Assembly (NCBI GenBank): GCA_964016885.1
Contig: OZ024742.1
Coordinates: 159,216,001-159,280,000 of the forward strand
Direction: 5' to 3'
Length of the DNA: 64,000 nt
Source of the DNA: Eledone cirrhosa
Taxonomy: Eukaryota
The stretch's first letter is position 1. The number at the start of each line of letters is the position of its first letter. Position numbers and translations under genes: made by a program. The notes beneath the pieces were generated by a model, which saw nothing but the letters and a program-made list of their open reading frames with translations, was not told the DNA's origin and ran no database searches. This document shows, piece by piece, positions 40,642 to 55,010 of this stretch.

Positions 40642-41086
40642 AAGTAGACGACAGAACTGAGTTTACAAAAAGTCTTATTAGTTTCACGCTTTAAAAAACT
40701 CAACGGAGACAACCTAGAAAAATTACCGATTTTCCACCCTCCACTTATTCTACCACCCCTGCTTATCGCCCCCCCCCCCCACACTATTATTTGTTACCCG
40801 AGAGCAGACATATTCAACACACGACTAAGGTAATCTTATTCAAAATATGAACTATTATAGCGCTTACGCTACACTACTTGTTGATTATTTGAATTTAGGA
40901 ACTGTGAACGCAACAATGGCGGCAAATTGACAGGCGTTAAAACGTCTGATATAATGGTTTGTGATATTCATTGTGATTCTTGCTCAAACCCAGCCGAGGT
41001 CAAATTCTTCTTTCATCCTCTCTGCGATGATAAATATAAAATACCAGTCCAATAAGGGATCGATTCTTTCTCGTTACCTCTCTCCC

Positions 41087-41117
<31 letters not shown>

Positions 41118-42217
41118 GGCATAGATTCGATGCCTGGAACGGGTGGTGCGTTGAGTATTTGAGCAAAACACTTCATTAATTCGGTGGCTCCAGTCAACTC
41201 ATTTGAAAATAAGTACCAGCAGCTGTGGTGGGTGTTTAACCCACTGATGGACTGTAGACTTGTCTCCCAATCGCTAAATGCTAATGAAACCAAGGATAAG
41301 AACTAGCCTGATAAACCTTGGGGCTTGGGTCAGACTTCAACATTTTACTTACATTTACTTACAGGAGACTATGAACAGAAAACCATAAAGCATTCCACAC
41401 ATATTTCAAATTAGCTCTACTACGCACAACATACAACCTACGCAATAAAATTTGATGTCAATTCAACAAATACATACTACACACACTACTCTTTCTGCAT
41501 ATCTCACGCAACACATACCCCACATAATCACCTGTTAATAAAATATCGCAGCTCACATTAAGTACACTCTACAGAATTATCATCTATAGTGCAACGTACG
41601 CATACATACAATCACCTCTCAATGCACACATACACTCTCTGCTCAACGCACATATACAATCATCGCGCAATGCATAGAATCGTTGCTAGTGCTCTTTACA
41701 ATTAACACTCAATGAAATCAGGCTACAAATACTGTTACATAATCGACACCTATTACTATTAGACACTACCACTACAACTATTAACACCACCACTACAAAA
41801 TCACACAACTTATGTTCTAAATAAGTGCTATCCAATAATGTATATGTACACACACACACACACATATCTATATATAAATATAATAGGCGGTTCAGTAGAT
41901 TCGTGGTTTACTGAGGAGGATACCAAAATCAGCACTCTAGGCTAAGGCAGAGTGTATATATTGAAAACAAAGCGAGGTTTCACATTAAGGTCATTATTGA
42001 TTATACACAGTTACGAAGGGTGGCTCGGGATCTATATAAATGCTATAGACCCGACTCCAGTCTGATCTGCTTATCAAACTTGTTAATCAAGCAAAGCTAA
42101 AATCTTATATGCTAAGAAGCCAAATTATATGATAAAGTGTTAAACCATAACAAATATTTTAAACCGGCTTTCAAGCCTAGTTGGGCTTTAGTCAGAAGAT
42201 ATGTATATCATCTAAAC

Positions 42218-42457
42218 CAGGCATGTCAAACATGTGGCCCGCGGGCCGCATGCAGCCCTTTACAAGCACGCCTGCGGCCCGCACAAAGGTTTTTATAGCG
42301 CGAGTATGTTTTATCTTCGTAATATAAAAAAAAAGTTGTAACGTGCACAATTAGTTGTCGTGTGTGGCCCTCAGACAACACATATGTGACCCATGTGGCC
42401 CTCAGACAAGACATGTAACCCATGGGGCCCTCGGGGACCCTCAGTTTCACATGCCTG
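42218..42457. mobile_element. hAT (Charlie-like) MITE
   Basis: TIR caggcatgtcaaac / gtttcacatgcctg; 8-bp TSD atctaaac / atataaac. Confidence 0.8.
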
Positions 42458-42659
42458 ATATAAACAACCACAAAAAAAAATAGATAATCGAAAAATTAAT
42501 TAGTGGTAGTGGGGGGGGGGGGCGATTATTCAAGACCCGAGAGTAGGTAATTAAGGTGTATATTAAGTTGTGAGATAGGCGGCTGAAAAATATGAGCATA
42601 TAAATTTACATTTTTAGCATTGTAAACATGCCAAATATAAGTTACTTCTATTATGTATA

Positions 42660-45600
42660 CAAGCTGACGTACCCAGCTTCGCCCGGGTAAACAGATGATA
42701 AGAGAAGACAGGTAAAAGAGAAAATGACTGTATTGGATGTTTGTCTGGTTACAGTATGAGGCGAGTCCGTGGTGTCTGTGTGATACAGAAAACAGTTTTA
42801 AAAAATCTTCCAGATATACCAGATTCTTCATTGTACCGTTTGTGCATAGTATATGAACAATTCTAGGTGCTCCCACCTAGAATAGTGACCTCTAAGAGAT
42901 GGTTCATCTTCTACCTGACAGTAAAACGTGTATCATTGCATAGACGTGGTTGTTCCACGTTTCTCAAAAGGATGATGGAAGTTCCAATCTTTTATATTAT
43001 ATGTAGATATAGATATAGATAATTAATATAAAATATGTCCGTCAATGTAAAAAAGGTCCCTATTTACTTGAAATGGTTTATACAAATGCCAAATTATTAT
43101 GGATATGGATAACATGCTTATCTATAAGTGGTCAGCTATAATAATAAAACAACAAATTATATGACACAAAAATTTATTCAGTAATTTCCAGGCTCTTAGC
43201 TACAGAGTAATAGACAGTCAATGTTGCACAGAGTTCAGTTCGGGGAGGTGGCCTGGTTTGAACTCCAAATGACGGATCCTTCTACTTCGAAAATAGAATC
43301 GTTTTTCAATATTACTCTAGCCCTGGCCGGCCATAGGCACCAAGCCTTTTGCCAGACTCAGCATATGATGAGGTTTTATTACCACTGCAATCAGAAGTGA
43401 TACATTTGAAGGCAATTTCTACCAATACTTGTTGGTTTTTATTGCTCATTATCGACAATAAATGACATTGAACATAAATGATAACTCTGTCAAAGCTCAC
43501 AATACTGATCAAAGGACACCAATGTCTGAATCATTTATGTCGCTTATTGATAGCATTAAAGATATGCATACATCAGCTCAAAGTTTCATTATAGACAATA
43601 TTCAGGGTTGTTCCTCTGTTAGTGGTATCAATTGCAAATTTTATACCATCAGGATCGCACACTCGAGATGCAGCAACATACAGTTGCCCATGGCTGACTA
43701 CTGGATCATTCAAGTAGACACCGAGTTTAGCTTCTAAAACTCTTCCGATAATCAATCTATCAACAATCAATCTGGCACCATTGCAAAGACCCATTTTATG
43801 ATTGATATTTCTAAGCAATATAATCGGCATACCCTTTTTCAACCTCAAAATATGTGGGGGAAATCCGGGTATTTGAAGTGAATTCAGATACTCAGTCGGA
43901 ACATCCACATTGATCTGCTGATTAGGCTCCATTGCATCCACACTGACGGTCAACCATTCCTCTCCAGGAAACATTCCGGCTACTTGTGAATTTATTTCAT
44001 CGACCGTTGCATTCGTATGAATTAGAATAACGCGTTCTGATATCCAGGAGATATTCTGCCAAAAAGCATTCAAATTAGGGAACACCCAGTCAATCAATGC
44101 TTGGCGGTCCAGTGGCATGACCAAATGGTCTGGGATTCTTACAGTCTGATTATCACTAACGTGTGGCAATTCATCGTTTCCCAGCTGCATCAACCATCGG
44201 CCGTATGTCTCAGCCTTTTCGTTTTGCCCGAATATACGAAGTCGCATATTATCGTGTAATCGCAAAACTCTGAAATGGCGCCACAACGGGGACTTTTTCA
44301 GACATGCATCGACAATTTGCGCTCTTTGAGCATTCCTAACAATTGGTAGCACCTGTCTGAAATCGCCACCAAGAACGATAGTCTTACCACAGAATGGCAG
44401 GTCACTACCGAAGATATCTCTCAAAGTTCTGTCCAATGCCTCCAGCAAATATCTGTGTGCCATTGGAGCCGCGTCCCAAATAATCAGAGACGTATTGCGT
44501 ATAAGGCCCGCGAGTTCACTTTTTCCTGTAATGTTACAGACTCAACTCATCCGGAGGCAATGAAGCCTTGAAGCATGAGTGGAAGGTCCTTCCACCACTC
44601 AGCAAAGTGGCAGTGATCCCACTGGTGGCCACAGGGAGAGCAATCTTCCTCTGAGCTCTGACTGCCGATAACATAGTGTTGAAACAGAATGTCTTTCCGG
44701 TGCCTCCTGGAGCATCTATGAAAGCACACAGTTGCTCGTTAGTGGAAATCGAGTGGAGAACACCATCGACCAATTCTCTCTGAGATTGGGTCAACATTGG
44801 CATACGTTCATCCACAATACGTTACTGTTCCAGTGGATCAAACTGGAATAGTTCCCTCCGATCGAGTGGCAACCGTCTAAGCTGCAATCTCATGTTCAAT
44901 GCTAAGACACGTTGCCGCATTTCTTCATCAGGAATTGGCAAATTGAAATCTCTTAAACATTTCAAATGAACTTCAAGCAGTTGCTCAATATTGAGCAAAA
45001 CAATAGCCTTCATCAAATGTTCATCATCGACCTGAAGATGATGCCTAAAATCATCAGTCCTAATTCCCCAATGGCGTTCAAATAACTCTCTTGTAGAATC
45101 CTAGAATCGTGACAAACAACTGCCTTATTTGAGCTGGCATCTGTGTTCCTGCAGCTTCCATGGCGTTATTCCATTCAGCGTCATCCTGAAGGAGTCCCAG
45201 ATGTTGACACACAGCTTGGTATGTTTCATATTCCACGCCATTGATTGTTTTCAAATCAGCGAAGCTCTGTTTACCTCTCGAAAACTCACTATGCAACAGA
45301 ATTCGGAGATAAAACACATCACCAGATGCTGGATGAACATTACAAACCCATCCAATAGTCATGAATCTCAACTTTTGTTTTCTATCATTCCATTTCTTTC
45401 CCTTCTTATCCCACGTATAGTGCGAAGGGAAATCGCAGTAGAGTTGCCTTTGATTCGGGTTCAAAGCATGTTCCCTATTATGCTTGAACCACTCAGTCAA
45501 TTATTGTGTCTATTGCCACCTCCCTGTTGATGCTGATTCTCATGATCATCTAACTGAACAGACTGAACAGATATGTTCCATCCATTTTCACCTTTTGGGA

Positions 45601-47266
45601 ATAAAAGAACATAATGCAATGGATCGTATGCCCTATTTGACTCATTGATAGTCTTGAGACCACCATCTCTGCGATTGAGGACGATATCTCTCGATCCAGG
45701 CTTATCGTCCATCAACACAGAAACTTCACGAAATCCTTCAGGGGCATTATATCGCCTTTCGTGTTGATTCCTTGGCATTGCGTCAGCCTTTATCGCCAAT
45801 GTTTGCTGCCGAACATTTTGCATTTCAGCCACCAACATGAAATCCATAACATAAGGATTACACTCTCTAAGCCATGATTGAAAATCACGGATCAAATCAC
45901 TTAACCTTTGCCGTTCAAGTTCAGTTATATTTCCTGGCAACTTCATCCAACCGATCCTGATATCCTCCTCCGATTCACTATAATCTGGATCGTTATTGTA
46001 AATTTGAGCGAATCGAGGCCTCTCTTCTGGGGTAACTTCTAAATTACCGATACAATGATACAAACGGCCTTGAATGACTACATTCGGTTGCCATGCTCCA
46101 CTCTCAAACATCTCACTAACTCTCTGCGATGCTAAAGCTAATGGATTGTTAATTTGCCGCGAATATTTGCGCAGTAATCTACCTCGGTCTCCTTGATCAC
46201 CCCACATACTTAGTAGTTTAAACTCCGGTGACTCCTCATCATCCGGCATTCGCAAGGGTTCTAGTTGAACTGCTCCTTTATGACAGCACATTGTGGTCCA
46301 CGTCTTTTCGTGCCTCCAAAGCAATGCTCAACAATGTGGACACTCTGCTCGTCCACCAATCTGAAAATGATACGGTTGCCATGATCTATTTTTAATATCA
46401 TTCGTTCGCCTTCTAGCCTCTTTACTGGAATGAGGAGCACTTTGGCGACACATTCTCTGAACTTCTGTATTGCGCTGGCGCTGTTCAGCCAGCTCCTCTT
46501 CATCCATCGCAGCACGCCGTTGCTGCTGAATTCTGGCCATCTGCTGATGATGCTCAGCCAGTTCGTCTTCAACCATCGCAGCACGCCGTCGCTGCTTGAC
46601 TCCAGTGTTTCGTTGGCGTTGTTCATCCAGCTCCTCTCCATTCATGGTGGCACGCCTACGCCTCTGAAGTTGGGCGTTCCGATGGCGCTGTTCGTCCCGT
46701 TTTTCTCCATTGCTGGCTGCACGCCGTCGCCGCTGTAGTTCGCTGTTTGATAAAGTCGAATTGCTTTTATTATCAGTATTCATTTCGAGCAATTGTCAAA
46801 AATTGACACAATAATAAATATAAAACATGTTCGGCAATGTAAAGAAAGGTCCCTATTTACTCCCTTCACAACTCTGTGTATGTTAGACTGACAGACAGGC
46901 ACACAGACAGATAAACTGCGTGACAATTGTGGAACGCCACATACATACACGCATGGAAACGCGCACACGCACGCAAACTTACACACGCACACATAAAAAA
47001 CATGTTGATAGTTTTTACTTTCTGTGGAACGCTGCACGCACGCACACACACATAAACACACGCACACGTACATACACACGCACACATGTTAATAGTTATT
47101 GAACACAGCGTTCACACTCTCCCCTCTCACTCCCTCATTGGCATTATGCATATTAATTTCAGTTTGGCGTCGTTGAGGTGGGCGGAGTCGTTTGAAACCT
47201 ATGAACCAATGATAATCGAGAATTATGACACACGGAATACTGACGTTCTTCAAATTAATAAATAGA
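42660..47266 (-). mobile_element. Helitron, internally deleted and decayed
   Basis: 5' A|TCTATTT; 3' hairpin cccgggcgaagctggg plus CTTG|T. Pif1 motifs DAPGGTGKT, VATSGITATLLSGGRTFHS, LGGDFRQVLP, LLRNI...LCNG; CPHC..CCHKG, RFAQIY, YDPLHYVLLFPKGENGW. Confidence 0.92.
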
Positions 47267-47329
47267 TATACAGATATAACTTAATCATATATATTTGTCG
47301 AAAAAGTATTCAACCTTAGGCTGTAGAGA

Positions 47330-47935
47330 GGAATCACATACTTTGTGGGGTTCAATTGCTAATCCTCTTCGAAGAAGGCCCCTTGTGCCTCCACACAGCG
47401 ATCCTTTCATTGTCTGAAGCACGTCTGGAATGCTTCTTTCAGAATGGCTCCAACACTGCAATCTGCATGATGTTTTCTCGATTCTCAAACTGAGAACCCT
47501 TCAGTGTTATCTTCGTTTTTGGTAACAATCAGACGTCATGGGCCATATCTGGCGAGTAGGGAATCTGGTAAATGAGTGAAACGCCTTTCTTTGCCAAGAA
47601 ATCTTGGATCCGCTGCGACAAATGAACCGGGGCATTGTCATGATGCAGCTCCCATTTTTTGTGGTCACTTGCTCCGTACTGCACCTCAAAGGCGTTGGAG
47701 GCATTCATGATAGTACTCTTTTGTAACTGTTTGTCCTTCTGTTGCGTATTCGTGATGCATAATGCTTAATTCAGTCAGCATTGCCTTGATTTTTCTCAGT
47801 ATCTGACATGCTTTTGGGGGCCTTGGCGACGTTGGAAGATTCTAATATGATGATTGAGTTTTAGTATCCGGGTGAAACTCGTATACACACGTCTCACCCC
47901 CAGTTATCACAGTATTCATGAATTCAGGATACTTG
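47330..47935 (-). mobile_element. Decayed mariner transposase fragment
   Basis: VITGGETCVYEF (first D mutated), GQTVTKEYY, HHDNAPVH, PYSPDMA. Confidence 0.75.
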
Positions 47936-48179
47936 TTGGCAGTATGGGGCGAAATAGAAATAGGACGATTAAGTCGTAGCATTACACAGTGTGTGGCAAA
48001 ACTAGCCATTTGAATTACAGGTACAACTCATTTCTCCCCAGTTGAGTGGACTGGAGCTACGCGAAATATAGTCATGCCCAAGGACACAGCGTGGCGGCGT
48101 GAATCGAAATCACGAACTTACGAGGCGTGTTACTGTGACGAATAGAAGTTATCATACTAAAGTGGCAGAACCTACGATT

Positions 48180-49060
48180 AAAGACCGAGGTGATGTACAC
48201 TCAAACACCAGGAGCACTTTATATTGTGTTAATTATATGTGAATGAAATTAGATTGGCACTAGTCTATACTTTTGTATATCTGGATTGTACTTTGTCAAG
48301 AGTCGGAAGTTTAGATGCAGAAATACATGTTCGAATAGTGAAGGTAAGCGCTGCATTTGGAAAATGGTGTGGTCAGACAGGCATAACATTGAGGACAAAA
48401 ATAACTGTGTATAAGGCATGTGCGCTTACAGTTTTATTATATGGGTGTGAAACATGGACCACTAATCAACGGCACTTCAAAATACTTGGAAGATTTCACC
48501 AAAAGTGTCTTCGGCAGATCCTAACCATTAACTAGAGAAGCATGCCACTTGATACGGAAGATTACAAAGACCAGGTGCTCTAAAATCAGTTCCCTTGTCA
48601 TTAATAGTCAGATACGTTGGTTGGGGCATCATGTTCGCATGAATGACGGGCGGCTTCCAAAGGAAATATTTTAGGTGATCTCTTGCAAGTAGATAGACCA
48701 CATCATAAGCTATAGAAAAACTAGAAAGAATCTATGAAAGAAAATGTAAAATGTCTAGGTTTGGATATAAATCAATGGGAAAAGAAAGCTCTTGATCGTA
48801 TTACACAGAGAAAGACGATTAAATCAGCTTGACAATTGAATAAAACGAAAAAGGTAACAGCAGTGTTAAAACGAACACTAAGAAACGGTGATGTTGATTA
48901 TTGGAATTGCAATTTCTCTCTAGAGCCGACTGTAAACCGTATGAAAACGTACGAACAGACAATGACACAGGTAGATTAAGTTGCAAACCTTCCTCCACCC
49001 CCAGATCACTACTTGTCCAATTTGTGGCAAGATATGCAAAGTTAAAATGTCATATGAAGG
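48180..49060 (+). mobile_element. Decayed RTE (BovB-like) LINE 3' fragment
   Basis: FVYLDCTLS..LDAEIHVRI..TKITVYKACALTVLLYGCETWT..FHQKCLRQIL; CPICGKIC near 49015. Confidence 0.75.
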
Positions 49061-49223
49061 TTCAACAACATGAGATTACATACTCTGATCCAATACACTC
49101 GGAACAAACAGTAACATACAACTGTTACAGGAATGAACAGTTACGTCCGTGCACACGGTAGGGCGTAAACTTGTTGGAGGGATTGAGATGATGTTGAGAT
49201 GGCTATTATCTGACAAAATGAAG

Positions 49224-49320
<97 letters not shown>

Positions 49321-49445
49321 GTTCTAAGTAGAAAAGTGATACTTCGAAATCACTGACATTGTTCGACTTAGAAAATGTATTTCTACACTTTACCCACCAG
49401 TACTGAGTGCTCAATCAGTTAATACTACGGTATCTTAAACACACA

Positions 49446-49476
<31 letters not shown>

Positions 49477-49644
49477 GTAAGAATATTTTCGAAACAGCGA
49501 GTTGATTTGAAATTATTAAAAATCTTAGCTATCGCCGTATTTTGACTAAAGAAATTAAAGAAATTATTTAGCCTGATAGTGGGTTAAGAACCCTCGGAGA
49601 AATGGAAAAAGATGAGTATTGACGTACATATATATATATACACA

Positions 49645-49718
49645 CAGGATGTCCCCCCAAAATGTATAACATATTTATTAGAATGCTGTTGAAGTATGTA
49701 TACATTTTTTGGGGGGAC

Positions 49719-49724
<6 letters not shown>
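49645..49724. mobile_element. Tiny Tc1/mariner-type MITE
   Basis: caggatgtccccccaaaatgtata / tatacattttttggggggacaccct in TA context. Confidence 0.6.
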
Positions 49725-49769
<45 letters not shown>

Positions 49770-49770
49770 T

Positions 49771-50286
49771 CAAGGTTTAGCAAATAAGAAAAAGTTTCAA
49801 AATAAATTTAAAAAAATTAACTTTACTCACTATGGTTACCTTTACCGAATCGGTTTCAAGTCTCAAAAATAAATGGACAGTCCTTACGGCATCCATTGCA
49901 AAGATAAACTCTCGTCAGAAGGATCTTTTCACTCGGAGAATATAAAATTCCCGAGTTCAAATTACGAACTGGCGCTATTCAAAATTGTTCCCGAGATGAG
50001 AATAAATGAAGTGGAAGCAATTCCTTCAAGTGCCGTGTGTAAAGATAGAAGCAAAGGCAGGGAGGTCAGTCTGCTACCGCTATAACTAGCAGCAGTCAGA
50101 ACGACCAAATTTTTTTCTCGACCAAGAGGGGAATAATAATAAAGTATATATCCCTACACGCACAAAGCGCTTAGGGACACATGTATTGTCCAACCATATG
50201 CCAATGTGGTTCAATGGCAGGTTAATAAATTAACGAGCCAGAACATATATAATCAAGGTTTAGCAAATAAGAAAAAGCTTCAAAAT
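49771..50286 (-). mobile_element. Family J second copy (~1.07-mer) with hammerhead at 49839-49922
   Basis: caaggtttagcaaataagaaaaag at 49771 and 50254 (period 483); cctt CTGACGA gagtt...gactt GAAA ccgattcgg TA aagg. Confidence 0.85.
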
Positions 50287-50557
50287 ATATATATATATAT
50301 ATGTATGTATAGACAACTGATGAGGAAACGCCCCCCCCCCGTTCTTGATTTCTTCGTATTCCCACTGCATTTTAAGTTACCTTAAATAGCAACTACACAA
50401 CCATTTCTATTCTCCATATATTTCATTATATATATCCCGCCGAGGTTAACTTTGCCTTTCATCCTTACGGGGTCGATAAAATAAAGTACCAGTAATGCAC
50501 TGGGTAATTGCTGGCCTTGTGCCAAAAGTAGAAACAATTATATATATATATACATAC

Positions 50558-50815
50558 AGTTGATTCAGGTTTATTTAAAGCTATACATATTTCACTGAGG
50601 ACTATCAATTATGATAGTCCGAGCTCTTCAAACGGCAAAACCTAAAATAAACTTATACAGTTCCTAAGAAACCTAGATTTTTCAAAATTTAAAGGTTTCT
50701 TAGGAACTTTCTAAGTTTATTTTAGGTTTGGTCGTCTAAAGAGCTCAGGCTATCATAATTGATCGTCCTCAATGAAATATGTATAAGGCAGTTTTAAATA
50801 AACCTGAATCAATTG
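50558..50815. repeat. Fold-back with a degenerate hammerhead in each arm
   Basis: (t/c)t(g/a)aaga gctc.ggactatcataattgatagtcc.. GAAA tatgta TA; core mutated in both arms. Confidence 0.6.
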
Positions 50816-50959
50816 AATATGGCCTCCGATATTTTATTAATATATAACGCTCCGTCTTGTACCATTTATACAGGTCATTGAGCGCCTCTTTTTATCTGCT
50901 TCACAACCGACAGACCATGGTATGATCCGCACGTCCCGGTTCTATTAACCCCTTACTAT

Positions 50960-51058
<99 letters not shown>

Positions 51059-51099
51059 TTCAAAATATTTAAAAAAATAGACATTCGTGTGATCAAGTA

Positions 51100-51166
51100 T
51101 ATTTTATTATACATATTTCAGAGGTACTGAGCTAACTTCAACAGTACGTCCTCATCAGATAAAATA
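51100..51166 (-). ncRNA. Type I hammerhead
   Basis: tattttat CTGATGA ggacgtactg...cagtacctct GAAA tatgta TA ataaaata. Confidence 0.82.
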
Positions 51167-53176
51167 AGATGATGCATGACATACCCTGACATAGTAGATG
51201 GTTAAGATTCAGTCATGGTAGTGAATAAGGTATGACAAAACTCAATATTTATATACCTTAAGATTGAGACATGAAAAAATTTACATATAATACAGAGGAT
51301 GCGTGTGAGAAAGCTTAAAAATACATAATAGCAATTTACATAACTGTTAGTAATTCAAATAATTTAAGTTATTGAAGAAAGAAGAAAGAAGAAAGACAGA
51401 GAGAAACAGATGAGGAGAAAATATAGTTACTAGAAGTATAGAAAGCAAAAGAGAATTGATCAAGGATAGAGAGACAAGGAGTAATAATTTTTATAGTATA
51501 AAGCATAGGGAGGGATGTTTGTATTGTCGTGGATGAATAGGGTGTGATTAGATAATGCAAAAATTATATATATCTATACAAACACATGAATATACATTTA
51601 GGCATAGCTTTGTGAAAGATTAAACTCGAATCTTTGAATTATTGAATTATATAGAAGTATCCACAAGCGAGACAGCAACACACACACACACACACAGTAG
51701 CATTCCATCATACGAACATACTACACTGCCAATACAGAGGAACAAGGCAACAACACACGCACACACACACTCAAGCGAGACAACAACACACGCACACACA
51801 CACACACACACAGTAACATTCACCAAACAGGCAGGGAATGGACTGACAGCTAGCACCACCCCACTCCCACAATTGAAAGAACTACTTCGGCCGATGACCT
51901 CTGCCTGACCGACCCCATTTCACGCGCATGCGTGCTCTGCTGAATACCTCAGATATTCAAAACAACGAACAGCGGAGGACACGTTTCGCACCTTTCCGAC
52001 AGACAACCCCACCCCCGGAAAAAACCCCAGTTGATGGATGTGAATCCGAAATATATAGGGACAATTAAATCTCTCCTAAGGTAACTCTTTCTCGTGTTGT
52101 TATTTTTATTTTTATCCTTTACGCTCTTTGCTTCATTCCTCTACACGTTACAGTCTTATACACGCCACGCATCTCAACGTACACCCACTTACATCTCTCT
52201 CTCCACCACCGGATCTTGTTACCCGGAGATTTACCCATCTGCATTGTCGAGGCTTCTAAACGACTTATTATTCCACAAAGCTTCAAGCAAACTTCAATAC
52301 TCTCTTATATATTTAAATATATATTTAATATAATATAAGATAATATAATTTAATATGGATTACCTTCGTGAGGATGAAAATATTAAGTATTCCTTCTCAT
52401 GTTTGCAAATACTTTAAATATGATTTTATAAATTAAATATAATAGTATACTTTAATATTAATATAGATATTTATAAACTTTTATAGCCTGAAATATTATA
52501 CATTTTGATTAATTCATTATTCTAAACTAACATAAATGATTTTAAATTTAACGGTCAGCCGGATACGTTTGGATATATATAGTGTATATAATTAATTGTT
52601 AGTATATTTCTAATTAACTAAGGACTCGATTTTAAACCTTCATATAATTACACCCAGATATATTTAATATTTAGATTGATGGATACTTCTAGTTAATTCA
52701 ATAATTCAAAGATTCGAGTTTAATCTTTCACAAAGCTATGCCTAAATGTATATTCATGTGTTTGTATAGATATATATAATTTTTGCATTATCTAATCACA
52801 CCCTATTCATCCACGACAATACAAACATCCCTCCCTATGCTTTATACTATAAAAATTATTACTCCTTGTCTTTCTATCCTTGATCAATTCTCTTTTGCTT
52901 TCTATACTTCTAGTAACTATATTTTCTCCTCATCTGTTTCTCTCTGTCTTTCTTCTTTCTTCTTTCTTCAATAACTTAAATTATTTGAATCTCTAACAGT
53001 TATGTAAATTGCTATTATGTATTTTTAAGCTTTCTCACACGCACCCTCTGTATTATATGTAAATGTTTTCATGTCTCAATCTTAAGGTATATAAATATTG
53101 AGTTTTGTCATACCTTATTCACTACCATGACTGAATCTTAACCATCTACTATGTCAGGGTATGTCATGCATCATCT

Positions 53177-53243
53177 TATTTTATCTGACGAGGACGTACT
53201 GTTGAAGTTAGCTCAGTACCTCTGAAATATGTATAATAAAATA
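53177..53243 (+). ncRNA. Type I hammerhead, mirror of 51100-51166
   Basis: Same layout with a CTGACGA core. Confidence 0.82.
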
Positions 53244-53385
53244 TACTTGATCACACGAATGTCTATTTTTAAAAATATTTTGAATTAATATTAATAACTC
53301 CGGAAAACCAAAGCTTGTTGAGTGCTTCCAATCTATTGTAAAAATCATTCTTTGATTTATTCATTGAACCTTGTTTAACCTTTAA

Positions 53386-53413
<28 letters not shown>

Positions 53414-53419
<6 letters not shown>

Positions 53420-53996
53420 TGTTATACTTTGGGAGGGTCATGTTGCCAATAAGAAACACACGCACCAGTTGCTTTCACTTCAATTTATTATATATTTATA
53501 AATTTATAAATTTACAAATTTATAAATTTCTGGTTGGTTGGTTGGTTCCACAACCAGATAGTTGTTTATATATAGTCATAGTTCTTTCGTCACACACTCT
53601 GTGACCTCTTCAGTGACTGGGAATTCCTTTCTCTGTTTCTGTGCCTCTCCTTTGTTCTGTCCTACGCCATTTTGTTTCTGTGAAACAAAATGGCGTAGGA
53701 CAGAACAAAGGAGAGGCACAGAAACAGAGAAAGGAATTCCCAGTCACTGAAGAGGTCACAGAGTGTGTGACGAAAGAACTATGACTATATATAAACAACT
53801 ATCTGGTTGTGGAACCAACCAACCAACCAGAAATTTATAAATTTGTAAATTTATAAATTTATAAATATATAATAAATTGAAGTGAAAGCAACTGGTGCGT
53901 GTGTTTCTTATTGGCAACATGACCCTCCCAAAGTATAACAATATCGGTTTCAACACACGATTTCAGATAAAGAATCTTGCTAAACAAATTCAGAAA

Positions 53997-54000
<4 letters not shown>
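53414..54000. repeat. Family K pLTR forming a near-spacerless ~265-bp palindrome (centre ~53680); hammerheads at 53574-53618 (-) and 53742-53786 (+)
   Basis: agtca CTGAAGA ggtcaca-gagtg-tgtgac GAAA gaac TA tgact. Confidence 0.82.
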
Positions 54001-54032
<32 letters not shown>

Positions 54033-54101
54033 CCATTTCATGCAACCTGATAATAATTTTTGTAATCCTCTTCTTGTTTGTCTTCCGTTTATGAACTTGT
54101 A

Positions 54102-54147
<46 letters not shown>

Positions 54148-54148
54148 G

Positions 54149-54261
<113 letters not shown>

Positions 54262-54687
54262 CTCTCTCTCTCTCTATATATATATATATACACACACACA
54301 CACGCATATATATATATATATATATATACGTACACACATACACAGGTCTATAAAAGTTATTTTCTTAATATCTCAGACGTCAAAATGGACAATTGTTACA
54401 TATAAAAAATGTTAATCGATAATGGACCCATTTCTATGCGCTGCAAGTCATATTTCGAGATATAAATGCATTAGTCGGCGTGAATAACTTAGTTACCTAC
54501 ACATTCTGATAATAAAACAATGTAGATACGGTATATATTTTACAGTTTGCATTAGTGGTGAAAGAGACTGCCAAATATTGGGAATGGATTTTGAAACATC
54601 GTGGGGTTATAAAATAGGAAGACAGGCAGTTTGAAAGATAAGAGAGAACGAAGTTATTAAATATTGTTTGTTTTCCCAAGCAATAAA

Positions 54688-55010
54688 GTGAAACCTCGGC
54701 TCTCGAAGTTAATTCGGTCTTGAAGACCGCCCGTCATCCGAAATGTTCGTAAGCCGAAACTATTTTTTTCATATAAAATGTTGAGAGAGAAATACAGTAA
54801 GTGTGATTGTGTGTGAAAAAGAGATAAATGTCACCATAGTAACTAAACTACACAGAAGTGATGCTTTCCCGCCGATTCTCCCAGTCTGTCGCAACCGTTG
54901 TTGCCGGCCAGCCTGTTTGTTACTCAAGACACCGTTCGTCAATCGAGACGTTTTATGTTCGGAAAAATTGTTCGAGATGAAAGGAGTTCGTGAACCGAAG
55001 TTCCTCTGTA
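54688..55010. mobile_element. pogo/Tigger-like MITE remnant
   Basis: gtgaaacctcgg... / ...ccgaagttcctctgta. Confidence 0.5.

Larger units (their letters stand above)
51053..53290. repeat. Large inverted repeat, ~590-bp near-identical arms (51053-51647 and ~52695-53290), ~1-kb spacer
   Basis: Identical spurious ORFs on opposite strands (51369-51560 and 52783-52974) confirm arm identity. Confidence 0.9.

Noticed and set aside
50317-50350. CTGATGA followed by a hairpin
   Set aside because: No GAAA or stem III; at most a remnant.
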